A stretch of 64,000 bases of DNA from Eledone cirrhosa (lineage: Eukaryota): contig OZ024748.1 in the NCBI GenBank assembly GCA_964016885.1, positions 14,322,001 to 14,386,000 of the forward strand, given 5' to 3'. The position numbers and the translations under genes are program-made. Within the stretch, counting starts at the first letter, position 1. Each line of letters starts with the position of its first letter. Below, piece by piece: positions 54,211 to 64,000 of this stretch. The notes beneath the pieces are model-generated. The model searched no databases. It was not told where the DNA came from and worked only from the letters and a program-made list of their open reading frames with translations.

Positions 54211-54419
54211 TTAATTATAAAATATTTGAATAAAATTTGGGATATAATCCCCTGAGATGGAAAAAGATGGACAGAATCATCTGCATGATAGAACAATGAT
54301 AAACTGGTCTCCTAGTATACTGCAGATACATGGTTAAATAATGCAGATGATCCTGTCTACCTTTTACCATCTCCAGGGGGATTATATGCCCAATTTTATT
54401 CAACTACCTTATAGTTAAT
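54211..54419. mobile_element. Palindromic MITE-like hairpin (~95-bp imperfect arms)
   Basis: TTGAATAAAATTTGGGATATAATCCCCTG...ATCATCTGCAT pairs with ATGCAGATGAT...CAGGGGGATTATATGCCCAATTTTATTCAA. Confidence 0.8.
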
Positions 54420-54786
54420 CAGAATTGCAGTGGTCTTTGCATAAAGTAAAACATACTCTTAAATTTCAATCATAGAACATGCTCCTTAAATGTTCTTTTG
54501 ATAACAACCTATAATTTAATGTTTGTAAATATGAGAATATTCACAATAATAATGATGACAATAATAATGATAACAATAATTACTATTATTATTATTGATA
54601 TTATTATTATTGATATTATTATCATTATTCACCCAATTCTCTTGTCAAGTGAGTAAAGACACACAAACAAGTGAAGTTGTAAATATATATATTATTTTAT
54701 AGATTTATGTTATTCATCTTATTCTCTTGTCATTTTGTGTAGTCACAGATAGACAGATAGACATATTATGTATGTATGTATGTATA

Positions 54787-54855
<69 letters not shown>

Positions 54856-55038
54856 TCATACTTGTAATTGGATAATATTTAATATTACCCACGTTATATA
54901 TATATGTGTGTGTGTGTATATGTGTGTGAGTGTATGTGTTGTCTGTCTACTTTCTGAAGCCTTTTGAACATAAGTGGAAAAAAATATTGTTATTCTGACA
55001 ACCGGTTTCCATTCTATTTGCTTTCTAAAAACTGACCT

Positions 55039-55129
55039 CCACACAAACATATATTCATATGTATATATGTGCATATGAGATATGTTTGTGTGTGTGTCTA
55101 TAGTCTATACACACACTCACACAAAACAT

Positions 55130-55187
<58 letters not shown>

Positions 55188-55188
55188 C

Positions 55189-55254
<66 letters not shown>

Positions 55255-55273
55255 TTATAAATATATATATATA

Positions 55274-55331
<58 letters not shown>

Positions 55332-55428
55332 TACACAATGTTTTGTGTGAGTGTGTGTATAGACTATAGACACATACACAAACATATCTCATATGCACAT
55401 ATATACATATGAATATATGTATGTGTGG
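55039..55428. repeat. ~390-bp quasi-palindrome: ~100-bp near-perfect arms around (TA)n
   Basis: GTCTATAGTCTATACACACACTCACACAAAACATTG mirrored by CAATGTTTTGTGTGAGTGTGTGTATAGACTATAGAC. Confidence 0.9.
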
Positions 55429-55471
55429 ATATATATATATTTATATATATATATATTTATATTTATATAAA

Positions 55472-55530
<59 letters not shown>

Positions 55531-56018
55531 CTAGTATGTGTAAGAAATTTGTTGTGCATTTTGTAACCAAAATTTGTTTTAGTTTGGTGAAACATAGATA
55601 TACACCTTTAAAAGAAATGATATTTTCAAACACTAGATAATGCTTTGAAAGACAAATAACAATTTCAATTGAAAATAAGTTTTTCCAACTAAACAAATCC
55701 TATTCAAATTAAAAAGAAAAATGCGGAAAGAGCATATTTTAAAGAGAAAATGAATAAAAGCAGAAATGCAGTAAAAATAATGATAGAAGCGATGGTTTTG
55801 GAAGAAAAGAAATGATTAAAAGGCTTTCATATAAAAAATGAATAAATCAAAAAAAAAATTGAACCACATTAAGCTAGGAATGGTAAAGAAATGTAACATA
55901 AATAGGAGCTGATGACACACAGACACAAAATAGAAGATAAGTATGTGACATGGGCACAAATCTGAAAGAACATAACAGAATGATTTAAGGGGTTTATAGA
56001 AATTTAATATTTGTTTAC

Positions 56019-56430
56019 TTAATCCTTTCTTTACCATATTTCTGATAAAATACCCTTTCTATGGGCTTTTGCATGATTTTGAAAATAATCAAGAATTTCT
56101 AGAGATTTAGTAACATATACTATCTTATTACTCAACTGGAACATAATTTATCAAAGGTTCTCATATGAAATTATGATGGAAATCTTTTTAGATAATTATA
56201 ATCCCTTACAACCATTTGTTACCATAGGCTGCCTATAATTTTCAAATTATCGAGGACATTGAGAGATTACAAATCATAAATAACTTCATTAGCATTTTAC
56301 ATTCCTGGTGTTTGGAGCATAACTTAAAGGTTCTTACACAAACCTATGATGGGAGATTTTTAGGTACATTTAAACACTTTAAAATTAAAAGGCATTGTAT
56401 CGTAAAATCAAGGGTGGTTTCAGGGTTAAA
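56019..56430 (-). mobile_element. Two reverse-oriented TTAA MITE copies
   Basis: Reverse complement of the family blocks. Confidence 0.55.
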
Positions 56431-56483
56431 GTTTATTCTACTAAACAAAAGGTGTTTGTGTTTGTTGTATGTATGTATGTATG

Positions 56484-56518
<35 letters not shown>

Positions 56519-56593
56519 TCTATATTTTATATGCTCTGTGAATTGTAAACTATAAACAAATTAAGAACTTCTATCTGTTATTTGTTTATTATG

Positions 56594-56637
<44 letters not shown>

Positions 56638-57599
56638 CACACACACATATATATACATCTATATGGATAGTATTTTTGCAAATAAAGTGAAGGTTTGCAA
56701 TTAAATCTTTAAATACTAATTTTTGCATTTTTAGATAACATACAAAGTTTGATCAAATTTGCTTTTAACTCCTTTACTAACAACTTGACCTAAACTGACT
56801 ATGAAACAAAATCACCCATTTTAATGTTTTTCTATTTAAATAAAGATCTCCTAACCTGTATGTAAAAACCATATGTTAATTTACTCTCTTAGTATTGAAA
56901 TAACTAATAATTTCAGTAAGTCTTTGAAAAGTCTTCTTTTATTCATTGAAAACGTTAATTTTGTTTACACATGTTTTAACACTTTGAGTGTCTAAATCAT
57001 ACTTGTCATTTAGTACTAAAAACATTAAGGCAGGAACTAGCAGCGTACTAATGTCTTTAAGTAATGGATTATGAAGGTGTATTAGCTTAAATTAGGAAAT
57101 ATATTTTGATTCTTATTTTATGGTTTGTTCCAAATTTAGCCAAATGAAAGGACAAAACATTTCAAAGTGTCATATTAATATATTCTATTCTTTCTAAATA
57201 ACATTAATTTAAGAGTTAAATTATTTTTTAGAAATGTACATGCTCTTTTCTAATGTTTTATTTCCCATTAAAAAAAAACTACACTTATCTTTTTAAATGT
57301 TTAACATGATAAATTTAATGAATCTTTTTTTAAGTAAGAAGAAAAGCAAAACAAATATGGCTTCTCTCGTTGTCTTGTATGTAAAAATAGAAAAGGCTAT
57401 TAGAGTCAATTAGGGGAATTTTAATTAAGATAATAGCAAGGGTTTTATCTGTTGTCGACATTATCAAAGAAATTGAAGATATCTCTGTCATCAAATTGTA
57501 AAATAAATTAGAAAGAAAACTATTTTGGTGAGTGAGTGTCTATAATGGAAAAAATACCATGTGAAGAATTGTCTTATAATGAGTCTAAATTGTTTCTAA

Positions 57600-57795
57600 T
57601 CTAGGCCCCATAAGGCCAGCTATTTTTTGTGGAAGGGTTGGAGACAACTCTAATATTGATTAGTGCTTCATTCTCTTGACCCCAGAAAGTTGAAAGCAAA
57701 GTTGACCTCAGCAGAGTTTGAACATGGAATGTATAGAGCCATGATTAAAGGCATTTTGTCCACCAACACTCTAATGTTTCTCTGCCAATCCACGA
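57600..57795 (-). mobile_element. Degenerate Nin/Deu SINE
   Basis: GCAAAGTTGACCTCAGCAGAGTTTGAAC. Confidence 0.6.
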
Positions 57796-58318
57796 ATCTA
57801 ATTACAAATCTAAATGTAATTATAAAAGAATAAAAGTAATGAAGTGCAAAAAATGTGTTATTGCTTTGTTTGTTTTTTAATGAAAAATGAAATGTATTTA
57901 AACAAACTGTGATTATGTCTGCCCTCGAATTGTTGTTCAACTAGCTGCAATCTAATTTGAGCAAGATTTTAAAGAGTATTTTGTTTTTATTTGCTTTACT
58001 TTTTGTTGCTGTTGTTTGTTTTTTTTCTCAAACTGAAATATCTCAAATTAGAGTCCAATTGTTTGAATTAGTTGAACCTTCTTTATAGCAATTCAATTAT
58101 TTGAGAAAATGGAGATTCTATCAACCTAAATTTTCAATAGCTGATTCAGATTCAATTTCATTCTTCAGCTGTTTATCGAAATATTTTTGACAACATTAAA
58201 ATGCTATGTAAAATCTCAAACTTGATTAACATCAGTAAACTTGGAAACTCTCCATTTCATTACTCTATCTATGGAGGTATTTATTATTATGTTTAATTGT
58301 ACCATATTAAATGACATA

Positions 58319-58504
58319 TACAAAGGGTCAGCTGAAACGTTCATAGGCTGACTATGAAAAAATGATGCTAGAGCTCTGAAATCTAGCATACATCAATTCC
58401 AAAATTTTCTTTATTAATAACTGTTTTGTTGAAACTTAAACCTCATTTGGTCATTCCATGAGAGTGTCTTGGTCTGCCCAAGAACTTTTCAGCTGACCCT
58501 TGTT
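58319..58504. mobile_element. mariner-type MITE
   Basis: TIRs TACAAAGGGTCAGCTGAAACGTTC ... GAACTTTTCAGCTGACCCTTGT. Confidence 0.75.
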
Positions 58505-59995
58505 TGCAGGGCCAGATTTATTGTAGGCGCGGTGGAGTGAATATTCTGGGCTATACCCCTCATCAAACAGCACCGCCAACTCCATCTCTGAACAGGGACT
58601 CTTCTTCGAGGAGGGCCCCCACTTCAAACAAATCTCCTGCTGCTTTTTATCAATGGTGGTGCTTAATGTGCATATATATTTCTCTGTGTGTCTATGTGTG
58701 TTATTATATGATGGGCCCACCAAGGTTCTGCATACATAACCCCTAACTCCTAAAAATGTCTAAAAACAAATATCACCTGGTTCTTATTTGTAAAGGTTTG
58801 TACTTGGTAGGCTAATGATTTTTTCTTAGTATTCACTCTTGGAATGTAGAAGAGATCCCATATGAATGGAAGATGGGGGCTGTCATATATGCCATCAGAT
58901 ACAGTATATAGGTTAAGTTGTTGAGCTTACAATCATAATGCCATAGGTTTCATTTCTGGATCAGGCAGTGCATTGTGTTTTTGTGCAAAACATTTTATTT
59001 TATTCTACTTTTCATAATAGGACTGCTTCTCACATAAATATAGCTTTACATCATGCCATCACAAATACTTTTTTACTAGTGTCTTACTAAAGGACATAAT
59101 GTTCAGTCTGCTCAAGAAATGAAACTCCTGACTTTATAATCCTGAGACCAGCATCCTTCCCACCAAGCTAGGTATATGCCTTCATGCTCTTACATGTCTT
59201 TTTTCATTTTTTTGGCTTGAGAATGATTAAAGTTACGAATCTACAGAACTAGATATCAATAATATTAATGAGAAAAATGGCATCCCAAATACTCATTAGG
59301 GCACATGTCAATCATATATTTTTATGAGGGAGTCCACTCCATATTTCTCCACAACAAGATTAGATCAGGGAATGCAGAATAAAGTGCTCTACCTAGAAAT
59401 GCTTTCAATGGATTTGAACTTGCAATCCTATCTCGCTAGTAATCCAATAACTTATTCATTTAGCAATTTCACATTTGTAAAAATGAGGACAAGGTTGTTC
59501 TTTTATTTATACTTTTATTTGACTATGGCCATGGTGGAGTACCACTTTGAAAGACTGTTAGCTTTCTTATCGAACATAGTACTTATTTTATGGAAGTCTA
59601 ATTAATGAATACAACGCAAAATATTATTTCACCTGACACACACAAATATCACACATATGACATAAATATATATACACACAGTCAACTTCTGTACAGTTTC
59701 CATTTACCAAAATTCTCTTAGATTGTATTGATGATCTCAGAGCTACAGTAGAAGACACTTGTACAAAGTGTCACATAGTAAGATTGAACCTGAAACTCTG
59801 TAGTAGCAAAGCAGGCCTCTTATTCAAATTGTTATGCCTGCTCCAGGCATAAGAAGGGTTTAATATTTCAACAAGATCCTGGACCTCATTCTTACCGAGT
59901 GCAGTGGAACTTGTCAAATCAGACAAAAGAAACAACGTTTCCATTCGTCATTCCAATGCCGATACCATCTACTGATCGTAACTCTTGACAGAAAT

Positions 59996-60303
59996 AGTAA
60001 TGTGAAACAAAGTGTCTTGCTCAAAGACATAATGCATCACTCATTCTGGGAATCAAACACACAATCTCACAAAAGCAAATCTAATTTCCTAACCACTAAG
60101 CTATGCATCTTCACTATGTGAAACTCTTAGATATACCTATATGAAAACTCTTAGTAATGTGAAACAAAGTGTCTTGCTCAAAGACATAATGCATCACTCA
60201 TTCTGGGAATCAAACACACAATCTCACAAAAGCAAATCTAATTTCCTAACCACTAAGCTATGCATCTTCACTATTTTTGTGAAAACTCTTAGATATACCT
60301 ATA
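59996..60303. repeat. Recent 157-bp tandem duplication of a SINE head plus flank
   Basis: AGTAATGTGAAACAAAGTGTCTTGCTCAAAG... essentially identical at 59996 and 60153. Confidence 0.9.
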
Positions 60304-61859
60304 ACTAAATATCCAGCTGAACATTCTAGCAATCTTCGTAAGATTTATCTCCTTTTGTGTTCAGTATATTATATTGGATCATCAAGACTAGTTGATCATT
60401 TGACCACTATTTTTTTTTACAAAGAGAAAATGTTCTGTATAAGCCTTCCAGTTTTTATTAAAGGAAAAAAAGTTGTGTTGAGGAGTTTCTAGACAGCATT
60501 AGTAGAATAAATAAGATTATCTTATTGGTTCATCAATGAAAATATCTAATTTTGGTACTGTTAGTAATAGAAAATAACTAAATTATAGCTAACTTACTAG
60601 TAGAAACTATTACATGACATCTCTATTTTTGAATTTTAAATTTGTCATTTTTGTTCTACTACAATTTGTGGAAAGTATCTTATTAGTTAATCTAATATTG
60701 AAGTTGGTTGGAAGGAATTCAAGAAAAAACTATCATAGAACTAACATAGAAAAAAACTAACATAGAAAAAAAGTAATAAAAATATATTAATAAGGCAACA
60801 GTTTCAAAAAGGAAGATCTGCAAATTAAAAAAATATTCTTTCTATGTGTTAACATTAAACATATTTTTCTATATTTACATAGGTTTTGTATGACGCTGTC
60901 TGCGGAGTTGATTATCAAACATTTTAACTCAAGTTTTTCTCTCATATAACAACATATTTCTTGTATTTCAGCTCACGTTGTGATAATTTAGCACTTTAAA
61001 ACAATTCTGCTCTTGTTTCCTTCTAAGTAATATCTCATCTCACTTATTCTATTACAACAATATTTACGTTGTATAACTATATATTTTTACAATTTTATTT
61101 ATATTTTCTCTACTATAAATATTTACGGTATACATTACACATGTATTACAAAATATTTTGTATTTGTTTTGCAAGATGATTGATATGAAATCATTTGTTG
61201 CTACCAGGGAAAACTGATGTTACATGATGATGATGATGATGACAACATAAATATGTATATTATGTTTAATGGGCATCGCCCCTTCATATATTTTGTTTTT
61301 TCTCCTGCAAGATGTTCAAAAATGAACTGTCATGCTTGATAAGCAAGGTGAGGCTGCTGGTATACCTGCAAATGACCCAACCTTGCAACAGGTTGTAATG
61401 GATTTCATGATACCAGTAGTGTTCTTGTATAATGTGCATGTGTTTAAGGAGAGAGAGGTGCTGTGCTGAAAAGGACCCGTTCAACCCACGCAAGCATGGA
61501 AAAGTGGGTGTGAAAGACGATGATGATAATGATGATATTTATATATATATATATATATATACCGCTAACTCCCCCTTCACTCCCTCACATAGTTCTTCCC
61601 CCTCCCCACTCTCCTGATGAAGGATTTATGTCCAAAACATTGTAAACAACACCCCTTCCTTACACCAAGCATGAAGCAAATAACACCATGTAACATTTAT
61701 TCCTGTGTTTGTTTATATATATATGTATATTTTTAATCAATCGGCCAGATCCCAGATATCATACACTTGCCAAGTAGGGTGGAACTCATCATATTGGACA
61801 AAGGAAACAATGTTTCTATTGGTCTTTCCATTGCTGATACTATCTACTTGTCAATGCTC

Positions 61860-62065
61860 ATTGCCAGGATAACCCAGTGGAGGGAAGGTGCAGTAGAGGT
61901 AGACAAAGAAAGACCTGGGAAGAGGAGGTGAAAACTGATCACAAATTGCTGACACTCGCAGAGCAGATAACGAAGGAACATGGCAAGTGGAGAGAAACTC
62001 TGCTGAAAAGGACCCATTCAACTCATGCAAACATAAATGAATGTAAAAATGATTATAATGATGAT
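61860..62065 (+). mobile_element. 3' end of an RTE-clade LINE
   Basis: EGRCSRGRQRKTWEEEVKTD...W...KRTHSTHA followed by a (GAT)n-like tail; shorter copy at 61455-61535. Confidence 0.75.
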
Positions 62066-62286
62066 ATTTATACACTTTCACACACACACAAATGTATTAT
62101 ATTATTGAGATTATTCACTGTTGCTACTCATAGATCATACAGCTGAAAATCAGTTATGTGATCAGTGGGAAAACACAAAATTCTGAGTATCAACTGAGAG
62201 AAATATCCATAATATAATATTTATAATTACAATTTTCTCGGCTTTGGTATTGAGCATTCTTTCCTACTATTTGCGCATAAATAATT

Positions 62287-62356
<70 letters not shown>

Positions 62357-62411
62357 GGAGGTTATATCCATAGTAAGTAGAGCACTCAGTCCAGAGGACG
62401 AGTTCAGTATA

Positions 62412-62533
62412 GAGTTAGTTCCACAACAAATTAGCAATAAACCATACTCAGGGATGCGTGTTTCAAACAGATTTTCCGCTCAGCAAAGAATGCATCTTCG
62501 AGTATGGTTTGCTAATTTGTTGTTCAACTAACT
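62412..62533. repeat. Inverted repeat with ~45-bp arms
   Basis: AGTTAGTT..ACAACAAATTAGCAA..AACCATACTC pairs with GAGTATGGTTTGCTAATTTGTTGT..AACTAACT. Confidence 0.8.
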
Positions 62534-63546
62534 TTCTTTCTCGCGCTCTCTCTCTCTCTATATATATATATATAGGTGTGTGTGTATCTATGTATGTATA
62601 TATATATATATATGTGTAAATATATGTATGTGTGTGTGTATATATATATACACACACTACATCAGATTTTGAAAAGCTGTATGAGAATCCTGATAGAAAT
62701 ATCATTAGTTTAGAACTAGCTACCCCCACATACCTACCCATCACAGTCTTGTCTGGTTGCATAACCCTAACTGCATAGATAAGTTACACATGCAGATTGG
62801 GGCATTTGACACTGTTGTATTGTTGCTTATTCTACCATGTGTGTGTGGTGTGTGTTGTGTTTGTCTTGTGTCTGTGTTGTGCTTGTCTTGTGTGTGTGTG
62901 TCTTGTGCATGTGTGTGTATGTAATATGTATATGTGTTGTCACTGTGTGTGTATGTGTTGTGTGTGTTGAGTGTGTTTGTATGTGTAAATAATATATATA
63001 TGTGCTGTATGTGTATGTAAATAATATATATGTGTGTTGTATATGTGCGTAAATAATATATATGTGTGTTGTATGTGTGTGTAAATAATATGTATATGTG
63101 TTCTATGTGTTGTGTGGTTGTTGAGTATGTGCTTTGTGTGTGTATGTTGTGTGTGTGTGTGTGTGTGTGTGTTTTGTGTGCATGTCTTGTATGTGTATGA
63201 CTGGCTGATAATGAAACCTTGTTTGGGTTCAGTCAACATGTAATCAAATATACATACTTCATTCTCTCCTCTCTCTCTCTCTCCCTATCTATCTATCTAC
63301 CTATTTATCTAGCCCCTTCTTTCTCTTTCTATCTTCACCCTTCGCCATTGATTCCCCTCCACTCCACCATTCTTTCTATTGATTCAGTTTATCACAATAC
63401 CCAAGTAGGTTTCTCCATACACTGCAGGTTATCAAATCTGATTGAAATTCCTAAGTAGATTATTTAACCCCATAACACCCTAAACCACAGTATGACGTAA
63501 CATGCACCACAGCCATAGAGGAGAGAGGGGGGTAGCAGGAGGGTGG

Positions 63547-63604
63547 GAAGAAGAAGAAGAAGAAGAAGAAGAAGAAGAAGAAGAAGAAGAAGAAGAAGAA
63601 GAAG

Positions 63605-63634
<30 letters not shown>
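63547..63634. repeat. Perfect (GAA)n microsatellite, ~29 units
   Basis: Direct reading. Confidence 0.95.
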
Positions 63635-63635
<1 letters not shown>

Positions 63636-63784
63636 TTTAGAGAGGCACAGTGTCTATTCTACTGTAAAATTCTAACATTGCTGATGTTGATATTAAATTT
63701 ATTTGTTAACAATATCCATATATAACAAATACTGCTTACATTGGTTTCAAGTAATTATGATACATATAAAATGTAAAATATATA

Positions 63785-63920
63785 GGTGGAGGCATGGCTG
63801 TGGGGGCTAAAAAATTTACACTGTAATTAATCATGTAGTTGTGGGTTCCTCTACCACAACATGTTACCTTCAGCAAGTGTCTTTTACTTTAGTCAGGTTC
63901 AACAAAAGCCTTTTATGGCT
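63785..63920 (+). mobile_element. Degenerate OR/CORE-like tRNA SINE
   Basis: GGCATGGCTGTG head and ACCTTCAGCAAGTGTCTT block; reverse copy at 59680-59840. Confidence 0.55.
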
Positions 63921-64000
63921 AATAACCAGATTTCATATTCATCAGGAGTGCCTTTGTGAGTACTTTATCTTTATGGCTAACACCTACTTTAGCAGAGAAA

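Noticed and set aside
5871-55696. Numerous YI/IY/CV/HT-rich ORFs (e.g. 13126-13728, 30179-30529, 47389-47727)
   Set aside because: Translations of (TA)n/(CA)n microsatellites, which lack stop codons
63543-63725. Poly-arginine protamine-like ORF
   Set aside because: Translation of the (GAA)n microsatellite from a GTG start

Overview
AT-rich, repeat-dense eukaryotic DNA. The SINE families, (TA)n/(CA)n microsatellites and RTE/CR1/Penelope remnants point to an octopod cephalopod (inference from repeat content). No long intact host CDS is present, and nearly all listed ORFs are microsatellite artefacts. Well-supported elements: a frameshifted CR1-clade LINE (~36.2-38.4 kb, -), a 5'-truncated Penelope-like element with a GIY-YIG endonuclease and a hammerhead ribozyme (~30.5-32.2 kb, -), RTE-clade LINE fragments, three tRNA-headed SINE families, piggyBac-, mariner/pogo- and hAT-type MITEs, several minisatellites and several long fold-backs. 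The most interesting inferred feature is the 3' end of a large minus-strand gene. Its candidate parts are a stop-containing exon ending in a PDZ-ligand-like ...VSTVV*, a 12-nt microexon, a 3-nt microexon flanked by neural splicing motifs, and a terminal exon followed by a ~4 kb SINE-free UTR-like stretch. The gene could not be identified from sequence alone. Boundaries of degenerate repeats are approximate.
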